Assembly: GCF_009914755.1 (NCBI RefSeq)
Contig: NC_060930.1
Direction: 5' to 3' (one strand)
DNA: 64,000 bases
Origin: the human T2T-CHM13v2.0 reference genome, Homo sapiens
The position numbers and the translations under genes were made by a program. Each line of letters begins with the position of its first letter. The stretch's first letter is position 1. Shown one piece after another: positions 1 through 14,480 of this stretch. The notes beneath the pieces are model-generated. The model was not told the DNA's origin. It did no database searches and saw only the letters and a program-made list of their open reading frames with translations.

Positions 1-2394
1 CATTTGCCCCTGAGTGGCTTCTGTGGGCTCATTCCCTCCCCCTCTCTCAGGACTTCCCTAAGAGTGGCACAACCTTCAGTGGCTTCAATTCTCTGACTGT
101 TGGCCACCCCACTTCCTTATCCTACTGAATCTTCTCTTTGCCCTACATCCTCTCCAACCTCCTGTCTTGTTGCTTTCCCTCATTCATTTCTCTGTCTAGC
201 TTGGACCTGTTTCAGATGGTCATCAATAACCAGAGGTGAGTTTGGGTCTCTGGCCCTAAGGGCATGAGCTTACCACATGAACCTGGCAGCAGCAACCCTC
301 TTGAGAAAGGCTGCACAAAAGCCTCACAGCCCCCACACCCTGCCTTCACCTGTTTGATCTCATCCTCAGCCCCAGGCTTGCCTTCTGACCAGCCACCTGC
401 CTGCACTACCTCCACTTTACCCTAACCATGTCATCCAGAGTTGCCCATGGGAGAAGCAGCTCCACTGTAAACTCACGCCTGCACATGGCATCCTCTGTCC
501 CTCTGACTTTCAATCTCGGGCTTGTCTTTGAACCTTGTTTTCTCTGTTCTCAGCATCTTACAGAGTCTCTCTGCTAAAAGCGATTGCAGAACTGTATTGG
601 ATGTTCATGGGGTATGACCGCTCACAAAGTAGCTCCATGTAGATTTCATATTTCATATTTTGACTTTGCCCCCAAATAGCCTCCAAATTTGGTGAAACTC
701 AGCTATTTGTATGTGTATAAAGTGCTGGGAAAATAGTAAGAAACTTCATTTTGGTCTTATACATACATGTCATCTGACAACACAGAATTCAGTGTGGTTA
801 TTTGTTATCTGTGTGCTGAGGACCCAGGGCCTTTGCCCCCTTAGGGTGTCTTCCTGCAATTTAAGTCATCCACGTCGTGAAAAATCTAATATTTCTAAGT
901 AATGACCATGCTCATAACACTATTCTCTTTAATAACTTTCAACTACTCTCCATTTCTTGAATTAATCACCAGTCCTCACCCTGACATCAATAGTCATCCA
1001 TGATATGACCTCACCTCACTTTTCCTGTCCTATCTCTTATGACTACATTGTGTCCACCCTATATTCCATTATTCCCTTAACCTGCTTCTCATTTTTGCAT
1101 CAGTTCTATAACTTTGCTTATGTGGCCTCCCCATTCCAAGTTCTCCGGTCAAACTCCTCTCCTTCAAGGCTTAGCTCCAAAAATCACCTCCTTGAGAAGA
1201 CCTCAGCTGACATCCACCTGGATGTTTTTTGTTCCTGCTTTAAACCTCTTTAGTACTTTGCTTATTTTTATTTCCTTCTGACTCTTGCCTTAGTGCACTT
1301 TGTATTGTGGTTATTAAGTAATTGGCTCATCCCTCCGCTGGGTCACAAGCTCCTTGAAAGAAAGGACTGTGTGTCTCTTATCTTTGCATTCTGTTCTGGT
1401 TCTAAACTCAGCCTGCTCATGCATAGGAGTTGAATAGGATAAAACAGAGAGAATCAGTACACAGGGTATTTCAGAGCAATCACTGGATCTAAAAAGAGCC
1501 GGAGGAAGGAGATGGAGGGAAGGTACTAGAGAACGTGTGACCAACCAGAGGAAGGCACCGTCCCTCTTTCCCGTCAAGTGCTCCGAGTAATTCAGACGTT
1601 GTGCCTGCATTTCCACTCTTCCTGTCTTCCCATTATTTCCTTCCCCACTGGGAAAATTGCTGTGAGACGTAAGTCATTGCCTCAAATCTGGCTCATAGGC
1701 ATTTAGCATCATTTTTTTTCCTTTCTGAGAATAAGTCTATTCACACCAACTATATATTTGTTCTCTCACTGTTTTGTTAAAGATAATTCATATGGAATAA
1801 GAAAGGGATGTCTTAAGGCAAACAGCAAGGCAGCTGAATACATTTACTTCATGTGGACAGGGACATAATTAGCAAAGGAAGCTCTTCATCTCAAGGTGGG
1901 AGGGGAGAGTTTGCATGGAGCTCTCCTGGCCGTGTGCTGGGGCTCATTGCTGTGTGAGTGAAACTGCGCACAAGCACATCCTTCTGGTATGAGCCCCATG
2001 TCGGGGAGAAGTGGGGTGATGAAAATGCCCAGATATTCTCTTGTGTGTGGGAGTATGGCCTCACAGACTTTGCAGTATGTTCCTATTCCTAAAATGGAAT
2101 TGAGGGTTGTCAAATGACTCAATCAGAGAATGGGCATGTAGAGTTGCTCTCTTCCTTACTCTTGGTGAATATCTTCTTTGGTGTTAAATGGAGGCCAGGT
2201 CAAATTGTGTTCTGGACTCTCTCTTTTCTCCATATATGTGGTAATTATTCTATCAGTAGTATTGTTAAAGCATTCTCAAAATCAATATTAAAAACTCTGT
2301 TAAAATGGAAATAAGGTGGCCCCTCTCCTTTCTTGTAGCAGTTTTCATTTAGATGCTCATCAATTTTATTTCTTTTGCTTTCTCTCACATACAG

Positions 2395-2555
2395 GTCTGG
2401 TTCAGTGAGAAGATGTTTGAACCGTCATTCTGCTTTTATACTGGATATAAAATCCCCTTGTGCAAAACCTTAGACCAGTATTTTGAATACATCCAGTCAC
2501 TGCCATCCCTAGATAACCCTGAAGTCTTTGGGCTTCACCCTAATGCTGATATCAC
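2395..2555 (+). CDS. DNAH8: Dynein axonemal heavy chain 8, internal coding exon (6th from last)
   Basis: Acceptor ttctctcacatacag|GTC and donor AC|gtaagt; 161 nt, phase 0 to phase 2. Encodes [53 protein letters not shown](T), which contains the dynein heavy chain [10 protein letters not shown] motif. Confidence 0.96.
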
Positions 2556-3879
2556 GTAAGTCCCTGGCATTTTTTAATTTGAAGGGGTCATTTGTAACTC
2601 AGTCTGGCAAAGATGGTGCATTTCATTTTCTCTCCTAATCTCTCTCCTTTCCCCCTTTTTTTATTTTACTGTGAAAAATAGTGTCGCTTCCTGTCTCCCA
2701 ATTACAACTTTGTCATATCTTGGCCTGCTCTTCTCTCACTAAATCCTGATGCTCCAGTGTTTATGACAACGTTAAGCTCTAATTTATGCATTGATTATTT
2801 CTTCTCTGTCATGTCATAAAACGAGTTGGTGTTAGTGGTAGCAGTGCTCTCCGCCGGCAGAAGAGTGGTCTGCCAGCTCCTCATCTCTTTCTTCAAAAAT
2901 TCATTAAGAATATAATGCTCATAAATAGAATCTAAAAAGCCAGGTGAGAACAGATGGGAGGGTGAAGAATCGTATTTCTGCCTGGTCCTCTCTTTCATGG
3001 CCCCTCTCCCTCACTTGCTCATCTGCATCCTTTTGTCATGCACTGCCTGTGGTGGGTGCAGTGCGGTGAGCACTTGAGTACCCGACACAGATGCACAGCC
3101 CCGGGAGGAAAGAGTGGAGGGGCTCAGCTTTGCGTGAGGTCCCTGCTCCACTCATCACCTAGAGAAGAAATGCTCCCCAGTTCCAAGCCCCTTGGCATGA
3201 GGTGTCACCCCTTCTCTCTTTAGGATCCCTACCAAACCCAAGCACCTGAACTGGAATCCTTTGGAATGGACCGCATGTCCTCTGCAGCCCCCTGATGAAA
3301 AGTCACAAGGTTTACATTCAGGAAAATGGTTTCAGGAAGTGGAAGAAACCAAGACTCCTCTGGCAGATTCTAAGTTGAGAATGCCCTAAGAGTGGGGCAT
3401 TCCTCTCTCCTAGTCCCTGGCCTACTGTTGTAATTTTAATAATTCTCTGGGTTTGGACATGGACATTTCCCTGGCCTTGCCAGATGTCCCAGGAGTCCCA
3501 GTTTGCTGCCAATTTCCTTGTCTTCCCGCCTCTGACCACCCTCCTAGCTCCCTGCATGAGGATGCACTTTTGGCCTCTTTACACCCACCTTGATTCCACC
3601 TTCTTCATATCCTCTCATCTCGCCCAGGCTGCTTTTCATCTTCAAAGATGCGGACATGATTGAAAATACCTACAAATGCCAATGCTTCATTCCACCCCCA
3701 TGATGGAACCACGAAGGTTCGTTAGTGGCAGCTCTTGCTGTTATCTAAGGAGGCTTTCATAAGTTATCTGGGGATGGGAAAGAAGTGAAGAAATAAAAAG
3801 GATTCCTCAGGGATTGGATTGACAATCAACTCTTAACGTTTTATGAAAGAGGAGCATAGGAAAGTAGTTTTGCTTTAGC

Positions 3880-4805
<926 letters not shown>

Positions 4806-5209
4806 CAGTGCTGCTAAATTCTTCTAGAGTGTGAAGGATGTGATCAATGAGGAGATTCCATAGAAAGATCCCACAAGTTCACGTGAGTGGACAGAGAAAG
4901 AACTGATAAGTCTTAATGCACTTGCAAATTTGTGACTGAAAATGTTCTCATATGAGGGCTCTGAACTTTAATTCCATCCTTGACAAGAGACTGGGGAGTC
5001 ACGAGAGCTGGTTCCTGGATAATCCACAGGATCCCAACAAGATGAAACCATTTCACCCTCACCCAGGGTGATGGTGCACTAGGCCTTGTTCACTGCAGGC
5101 TGTTTCACTCACCAGCTCTCAAGAAAGATGAAACAGGGCTAGAAAAGGTCCAGAGAAGTACAACGCAAATGTAAAAGCAATTGGAGACAAAGACAAAGAC
5201 AAACCATTT

Positions 5210-8040
5210 TTTCCTTGACTTTTTATTTGGAATGATTACAAACTCTCAGAAAAGTTGCACATACAGTAAACATTCATACGCTCCATCGAGATCCAACAAT
5301 TGTTCATGTTTTGATCCATTTGCTTTTTCTCCTTCTATATTTATATCTCTGTATGCTTATGTATCTACAGCTATATCTATGTATAATCACATATATTTCT
5401 CTGTGTGTGTGTTTGTGTGCCCTCTCAGTGGATAGAGCTAGGAAGCATGTACTTTTAAAAACATCATGAGTTAATACAAATAACTCCAATTCCAGTTGTA
5501 TACCTCAGGGTTGTTCTTTGTCTTCCCCCATTCCATATTGATATCTCCTTTCTCCCACCGTAAAAACTCTGGTTCCCAGCAACTTCAATATGTGTATTCA
5601 TTTACTTGCAATTACTATGCCAATACCACTACCAGCAACAAACCTATTAAGTAGAGGTCAAGATTTCTTTGCAGTTCTTTTTGTCCTTAGGATATATTCC
5701 ACTAGGTATAAAGAGTACTGTGTTCAAAGGTCACTTGGATTAATGATTTTTTTTTCTGTGTGGTTATGCTATCAACTGATATATAGTTATGTTTATTTGT
5801 TTCTGTTTGTATTACATTTAAGGGTTTTTTTTCCCCCACATATGCTATTGTTTTGAATATGTAAAATATGAACATGGTTCAAAAGTTACAACTTTAAGTT
5901 GTTCTTAGAGAAGTCTCAGACCCTTTCAACCCATTTCCCTCTTCTTTTATGGGTAAACAAACACAGTTTCTGGTTTATCTTCTCTGTGTTTCTTTTTGCA
6001 TGTACATACATATATACATATTGTTATTACCCTTTCTTATACAAAGTTGCCAAACTATATCTATTGTGTTGTGTCTTGCTTTTTTCTCTTAACAATGTAT
6101 CCTGTAAATCACTTCATATCAGGTCATTATTATCTTCCTCATATTTTTTTTTACAGCTGCATGCTGCTCCATTGTTTATATGGATCATAGTTGTTCAACC
6201 ATTTGCCTATGTATGGGCATTTAGGTTGCTTCCAATATTTTCCTATCTCAAATAATTCTTCCATTAATAACTTTATGCTTGTGGACTCTCATATTATTAG
6301 AGATGTATTTTCAGGGTAAATTGTTATGGGTGGGATTGCTAGATCAAGATTTAGTGAATATTGTCAAATTCCCTTACATAGGGTTATACTGTTTTGTACT
6401 TTTACTTGCAGTCTGTGAGTGCCCATTTTTTCAGAATCTCATCAACGCTGGTGAGGCATTTGAACCTTCACCAATATGACAGTGAGAAATGTTATCTCAG
6501 CATAGTTTTAGTTCACTTCTCTTATTTTGAGTGAAATTGAGAAAATTTTCATATACTTAAGGGCTATTTATATATAGTCTGTCCATTCCTTTCCAATGGA
6601 GTTTTTATTCTTTTTATTTAATTTTAGGACTTATTTATATGTTAGGGATAACAACCCTTTGTTTGTGATGTGGATTGCAAATATTTTTCTCAGCTTATTT
6701 AGCGTTGCTTGTGATTTTCCCCCATTGATCAGGTAGAAGTGTTATTGTCGTTTCGTTTTATTTTTATGCAGTCAAATTTATGACTACATAAATTCTGTTC
6801 TTGCTGTTGTTACATCTGGATTTTTAGTAATAGTAAGAAAGCTTCTTCCCTCATCAGGGTATAAAGGAATCATCTACATTTTTTTTTTTTTTTTAGTGCT
6901 TGTATGGTTTCACGTTTTTACATTTAGTTCTTTTATCCATTAGGAATTTACCTATTAGGTATAAGTATGGATGAAATTCTTTTTCAGAATAGCAATCCAG
7001 TTATCCTATCACCAGTGACTTTTTTTTTCTTTTTTTTTTTTTTTGAGCCGGAGTCATGCTCTGTTGCCCAGGCTGGAGTGCTGTGGCATGATCTCGGCTC
7101 ACTGCAACCACCTCCTGGGTTCAAGTGATTCTCCTGCCTCAGCCTCCTGAGTAGATGGGATTACAGGTACATGCCACCATGCCTGGCAAATTTTTGTATT
7201 TTAGTAGGGAAGGGGTTTCACCATGTTGACCAGGCTGGTCTTGAGCTCTTGACCACACGTGATCCGCCAGCCTTGGCCTCCTGCTTCCTTTAACATAGAA
7301 TTTCCTTCCATAGGTACTCGGGTCCATTTCTGGGCTTTCTATTCTGTTTTCCTTTCTATTTTGTAGCAGTCTGTTTTAAGTTTAGCTAGTCTCCAGTATG
7401 TTTTATTATCTGATAGTTATAGTCTCCCCTCATTGCTCTTTTTTTTTTTTTTTTTTCTGAGCTTGTCCTAGCTATTGTTGCATGTGTGTTTCTCTATTGT
7501 TGTCAGAAATTGGTGTTGAATTTTGTTGAATACCTTTCAACATTTATGGAAAGAATCACATGATTTTCCCCTAAACACCTAAAAAGTTAGTGAATTATAT
7601 TAATGGATTTCCTAACTCAAATTTTCTACAGATAATCTGAAATTAATACCACTGGGTTCGGAGGTATTATTCTCCTAAGGTAGTGATATACTCTATTAAT
7701 GGTTCATTGGGGAATTTTGCATTGATATTCATAAATAAGAATGGCCTGGAGTTTTTTGTGGCATCTTTATCAGGTTTAATTACTAATCAATGTTATATTT
7801 GCTTTGTAAAAATGTGGAAGTTTTTCTAAGCTCTGGAACAATTTATGTAGTATTGGATGCTTTAAAGTTTGGTAGAATTCTCCTGTGAAACCATCTGGGC
7901 TCAGTGCTAGTTCTTTGATATCTTTCGTATTTCTCTGTCACCACTGCAGTCAATATTTTGTCAGTTGTGTTCTCCTAGGAAATTATTTGTTTCATCTAGG
8001 TTTTCGTATTTATTTTCACAAAGACATGCAAACTAGTCTT
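5210..8040 (-). mobile_element. Old L1M (L1MC/L1ME-type) fragments
   Basis: T-rich antisense L1 motifs such as gggcatttaggttgcttcc, gggattgctagatcaag and ggtagaattctcctgtgaaaccatctgggc. Confidence 0.75.
7020..7281 (-). mobile_element. Alu (AluS), lacking its 5' end
   Basis: Poly-T plus reverse-complement Alu ending at ccttggcctcc. Confidence 0.92.
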
Positions 8041-10127
8041 TAATCTGGTCTAATAAGCTGGACTCAGTACAATGTGGTAAAGAATGAAATCACTTCTTCC
8101 TTACCCTATACTGAGTCCAACCCATTCAATAAAATTGTTACAGAAGTGTGGACATAACACTAGCTCTGTAGACCTTGGTCTGAAATCTGATGACAACTTG
8201 AAGCCACTCTCGTGCCTCTCCTAAAGGAATGTACTAGCCTTCTTAATATAATCTATCGAGGCAGCTCTGTTCAACCACTTCACTATGGTGTTGCCAACAC
8301 ATCCCAGAGAAACCACTGAGAAACAGTGGTTATACTGTTATATGGTGGTTATACTTACTTAATACTAAGAAGGAACTTAGTATTGACACAGATGAACACC
8401 TCACCAGAGCCAGAGGCTCCTCTTCACAGGGTTCTCCTGCTGTCCGGCTTAGCAGGTTCTCAGTCCTCAGTGGCAAAATCACACTGTGACAGAGTAACAA
8501 AATTTGTTGCAAAATGCAAAAGGCTGCAAAGCATGACTTTAATAGCATCACCCTTCAGTGTATGGTCCAGGTAGCAGTGTGATCTAGTATCTCTCATGCT
8601 TTAAAGAGCCTTCCCTTCCCTTCACATGCCTATAAATCTATGGCCTATGTTCTACTCACATTTTAACCTCTTTTATAGTCATGTCCACCTTCCCTCCTGA
8701 GTAGAGCTCATCTATGCCAATGGCCTTTAAAACATCAACATGCCACATATATGTTGTCTAGACCTTTCCTCTGTGCTCCACAGTCATTTATACAATTTCT
8801 ATGTGACATCCACTGGCATGTCTTTCAGACAGCTTGACCTTTAAAAGCCCCAAACTGAATCTCCTCCATCTACTTCTCCTCCATCTAAATGGCTTCCTAC
8901 AGCAGTTAGAATAAAAGACAAGCTCTCTGCCATGTGACAAGGCTCATCTAGAGCACCCATGATGACTAATCGACACCTCGGGTACCCTGTGGGTAAGTCC
9001 AGGTGTGTGAGGATGCAGGCCTAGAATAGGGATGATCATGGGGTGGAGTGAAGCTGCAGGACAGGTCTCAAGGGGGGACTGATAGGACTTAGCGAATGCA
9101 GAGCAATGGCTGAGAACCTTCTTCTGTAGCTGTTAATCTGTTTCTTGCTGCAAACTGGTGTGTTAGAGAGGACACGGTGAGCCTTCTGTGTTTTGTCAAG
9201 TCTCTCTTCACAGCTTTGTCCAGAAGCCCACATGGTGTTGCTGGCATGCATGCTGTAGGATGCCGTAAGCGAGCTTCTCCCAAAATAGTGTCAGGATCTT
9301 GCAACCTTTCACCACACTAGTGAGGTCAGGTAGAAGGCCCTGGACCCCTGCCTAAAATGGGGGATTATATCCACTAGAGCAACTGGCAGGCCTGTAAGAC
9401 CTTCATCCTCCTCTGTTCTCTCTTCATCCTTAACTTCCCATATGGTCTGCCTTGGGGTCTCTCTCACCCACCCCTGATCCCCTTTCCCCAGCATGTCTTA
9501 GCCCATTTCTGGTTCCTGCTCAGGTGGTTGGCTCTGTTCTGCAGCTCTGTGTTTGGTAATTTTTTTGGTCTCTGAGTACCTAGGTTTGATTCTTCTTTCC
9601 TCTGGCTCTGAAATATCTGGTGGATGGAATCCTGGCAAGTGAGCTTGCCTTCTTCAAGGACTTCTCTACGCCCCTTGCTGTTCCCCCACCGGCCACCAGG
9701 AAGCAGTAAGCAATAACAGATGAAGCATCCCAGCTGAAACCCACCTCTGGTCCTCACCCAGCTCCAGCAAGATGTAACTCTCCAAGTTCTGAGTGAAATG
9801 AAAGAAGGGGTCAAAGATGCCCTGACATTGCTTGTCTGGGAGCTGGGGTAGTGGAGGAGTTGGGAACAGGAGTATGTTGGAGGAGAAGTTACAGAGTTCT
9901 GTTGGGGGCATGTTGAGCTGGGAAAGAACATGGGATATAAATGAATGGGGTGAGAAATATGGACTGGAGCCCAGGTGAAAGATTTGAATGCATGTGTGCA
10001 GAGATAACAGCTTCAGCCATGAGAGAAGACTCTCTAAGATATGCTGGCTAAGTCTGTGTGAATGTCCCCAGCCAGAGGAATCATTAATTTATCTGACCAT
10101 CCATGGTGTTCAACAGCATTCTTGCTT

Positions 10128-10460
<333 letters not shown>

Positions 10461-12301
10461 TAATTGGGCCATGATGGAGAACTCGATGCCCCCTGTTTAT
10501 TGGAATCTTCACTCTGAAGTTAGCATCCATAAATTTGAGAGAAGAGGGAGATTTGGGCAGGGCGAATCACAAGTCTCTCTCCTCAGTCCTTGCATAAGAA
10601 TGCAGAATCTCTGAAGTGGAGGGGGAAATCAAGGTGAATAAATGCTTTAAAATAAGTAAAATCTCTCTCAAGAGTTTAGATAGCATAGTGATAAGAACCA
10701 TGAAAATACACAGTTTATTCACATTTTATTATGTAGATTTATAAGGTACCAAAGACTCTGCAAATTCAACTCTTTCAATGTCAAAAATGGTTGCTTATTT
10801 TCACTCTTTTTCTCATCAGTGGTTATGCATGTTTCTTTACTTTCTGAAATTTATCAAATGCCTTATTACAACCTTTATATTCATTTCAATGCAATACAAA
10901 TTGAAATGTATTCCCTTGAGTATTTGAGGACACTTTTGAGATTTAGATTTTTTGAAAAATTTATGCTCATTGATATTTCATGTGCAAAGACGTATGTAAA
11001 TCTAGACTGATTTGGATATTACGGTGCACTAATATCTCATTAGGTAGTTGTTTATTTCATAGACAGCTCTGTTTTTCAGTTGTTTTGCATTTCTATTATC
11101 CATGACCCTGACTTCCCAGAACCACCAAGCTACAAGGGCAATCTGAGCTTCTTCCCATATTTACTCTAAAGAGAAATTTTCTTCAAGAAATAACTTAGAA
11201 CCAACCCTCAAGGAATATTATAGCTCTTGTTCTTCATCTCAGAGCATTTATGAGGACTGTTCTCCCGAAAGCCCTTGGGCTTTTGTGGCATATAGAGAGA
11301 TTTGCAATTCTCTGTTATAGCTAGCTAACTAGGCTTCTGCCTTTCATATCTTTGCAAACATAAAATCACATTGTGGAAAAAGAAATGTGAGTTGTTCAGC
11401 CCTGGAATACCAGGGAATGACATTCTGTGCATAGTAAAATGTGTGTTGGGGAGAGCTTGGCTAGCTCTTATTCACAGTGGATCAGCTTTTCAAGGCTTCT
11501 TCCCAACATCTATGTTTTGAGGCCCGTGTTCAGATCATCTCATAAAAAATTAAATCACTCATCATGAAAGTGATTTATTAGGTGGGATCTAGCAGCAGCA
11601 GCATCTCCATCAGCCTCTCCTTGGAGCACCAGTGAACTTGGCCAGAGTCAGCAGAGAGCAAAATGGTCATCTCTGCAATGGTGTGCACTGTTGGGACCTA
11701 GCCCCTGGTGCTGAGCACACTTCCACGGAGGGCTCAAGCTGAAGGTGACTGAGAGAGCACCTGAGAATTTGGATATGGGGGCTGTTTTTTTTTTTTGTAG
11801 CTAGAACAGGTAGGAATCATGAACTCTGCTTTTCTTAGCATGAATGGAAATTTACTGTGGTTTTCTTGTCTTTAATCATTAAAGATCTGCATTGATAAAA
11901 TAATAAGAAGAATAGTTTTACTTCACTCTCAAATTATATCTTTCTGATTCTCCTGTGTTTTGAGGACTATTTATATATGGCACAAAAGGCATTTGCAACC
12001 CATTCCTGAATTTTGAAGTAGGGCATGATCACAGTTTTTAAAAGTCATATAAAGTATAAGAAAAATACAAGTAACTCTGAGAGGGGGAATCCTGTGAAAA
12101 TATCCTATGAAAACAAATGAACTTATCAATTGTCAAAGACTCAAGAAGAGATAGATAGAAAGATAGATATTTCTAATATCTATAGATGTATTTATTATTA
12201 TATTGTATTGTCATATTATATAATAGATATATAATAATTAGAAATGAATGTTCCTAATTCATTATTAGAAATGAATACAAAAGTTGTAATAAGGCATTTA
12301 T

Positions 12302-12332
<31 letters not shown>

Positions 12333-12338
12333 CACACA
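12302..12338. repeat. (CA)n microsatellite
   Basis: About 18 CA units with one interruption. Confidence 0.95.
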
Positions 12339-12494
12339 TTCATTGAAAGGTGCCAGGAAATCAAAAAACAATAATAACAATATACTATGTTTTTACCATA
12401 AGAAGGAATAAGTAAATTTTCATGTCCTTTAAATATTGAAGAATTGCTGTCCTTTGTATTTGAGGTTTAATAAAATGCAAGCCAATTGGCCTCA

Positions 12495-14480
12495 ATTCAA
12501 CAAACAAACATTTGTTGAGAGCTTACTGTCTGGCTAACCTGGGGATACAAAGATGAGTAAGATGCAGTCCGTGCTCTTGGAGCGCATCATCTGTTGGGGA
12601 AGATGATGAATGGCAAATGCTGATGAGGTACAATATGGTAAACTCTAAAATCAGGGTATGTATACATTGCTATGATAACACAGGTGGAGGAGCAATCAAT
12701 TCCAATTTAGGGATCAAAGAAAGCTAGTGAGACAGGCTCCATTTAAGTTGTGCCTTAAAGCAGGGGTCCACTACCCCTGGGCCACAAGCCAATACCAGTC
12801 CGTGGCCTGTTAAAACTGGGCCACACAGCAGGAGGTGAGCAGCAGGTGAGGGAGCACTACCGCCTGAGCTCTGCTTCCCGTCAGATCAGTGGCGGCATTA
12901 GATTCTCATAGGAGCGAGAACCCTACTGTGAACTGCGCATGCCAGGGACCTAGGTTACACACTCCTTATGAGAATTTAATGCCTGATGATCTGTCACTGT
13001 CTTCCATCACCCCCAGATGGGACCGTCTAGTTTCAGGAAAACAAGCTCAGGGCTCCCACAGATTTTACATGATGGTGAGTTGTATAATTACTTCATTATA
13101 TATTACAATGTAATAATAGTGGAAATAAAGTGCCCAATAAAAGTAATGTGTTTGAATCATCCCGAAACTTTTCCGCCGCCTCCCCTCCAGTCTATGGAAA
13201 AATGTCTTCCACAAAACCAGTCCCTGGTGCCAAAAAGGTTGGGAACCGCTGTCTTAAAGGATGTGCAGGAGTTTCTCAGATTGGAGATGAGGTGGGAAGG
13301 AAGTGACTGCAGGACTGGGGTCAAGGACAGAGTACAAAGAAGAGGAACATAATGAGCGGTAAGGACCAAGAACTTAGACTGGGATGCACACACCAAGGAA
13401 CAATCCAAGGAAGGGAATGCAAACATGAATGTGTGTGGGGAGTTCTGGGAACCAGGTCCAGTATGCCTAAAGCATGAGGGAGGGGGGTGCTTAAACAGCG
13501 GAGTGGCCGATGCAGAGTGTGGCTTTTGAAGGTTTTGCCAAAAGAGTTTGGGGCAATATTTTAAATTGGAATACGGTTATTTAATCATTTATTTAAATCT
13601 ACTTAACCTACTCTACCTTCTACATGGCCATTTCTGCTTGCATGAGTTGATGGGAATTAGCATTTTGCATACAGAGATTTAAGCCTTTTCCTGCCATCAC
13701 ATAATTCAGGCTGAAGTTGGAATGAAGATAAACAAGCATGTCATCATGTACAGAATGACAAGTACAACAATAAAAGCAAGCACTGAGAGCTATGCGCACA
13801 CATAGGGAGAAAGTCTAGGGAAGGCTGTCTAGAGGTGAAGACATCTAAGCTGAGCTTAATATTAATAGCTAGTTAGGAATGAGCTATAATCGATGAAAAA
13901 ATGAGGGCAGAGCATTCCAGGCTGTGGAGGTAACTTGGGAACAGTCAAAGAAATATGAGGGGAGTCATGGAATGCTTGATGAGCTTCAGGTAACTCACAG
14001 CACAGGGTAGAGTGTGGGAAGAAGAAAGAAGGAAGCAAGAGCAGAAGCTGGAGATAGAAAAAGGCTTAGTGATGAAAAAGGTTTGTATGCCATGTGAAAG
14101 ACTTCAGATTTTATCCTGAAGGTTATGGGGAGTCTTCGAATACATTTAATAATCACTTTTCAAATGTCAAAACTTACCTTGGAACAGTGGTTGGAGGCAG
14201 GAGGATGTGTTAGGAGGTGATGGCAGTGCCGCACACAGAGGATGATCAGGAAGTTAGGGGGCAGAACTGAAGGCAGTGGGGATGACGGTGGGTCACGGGG
14301 AGGGGATGCTGGAAATGATTTGGAACTAGAGCTTGGAAACTAAGAAGGTCTGGGGAGCCACAGCAAGGAGGAAGCCATCTCTGAGGGTTCTCAGTTGGGC
14401 AACTGGGCAGACATTGATGTCACTAAAGTAGATGGGGCAAGGAGCAGTCCAGGAGAGGGATAAGGGAGAACTAAAATAAT
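12495..14480 (-). mobile_element. L2 LINE fragments, interrupted by MER1
   Basis: Antisense L2 3' end ttcaacaaacaaacatttgttgagagcttact..., followed by a purine-rich L2 body. Confidence 0.65.
12761..13251. mobile_element. MER1A-like non-autonomous hAT-Charlie DNA transposon
   Basis: Ends caggggtcc... and ...ggttgggaaccgctg; 8-bp TSD (c/t)cttaaag; typical MER1 body. Confidence 0.9.

Noticed and set aside
12150-12285. AT-rich stretch with repeated attagaaatgaat
   Set aside because: Low-complexity sequence next to a CA microsatellite; only two copies and no array or spacer structure.
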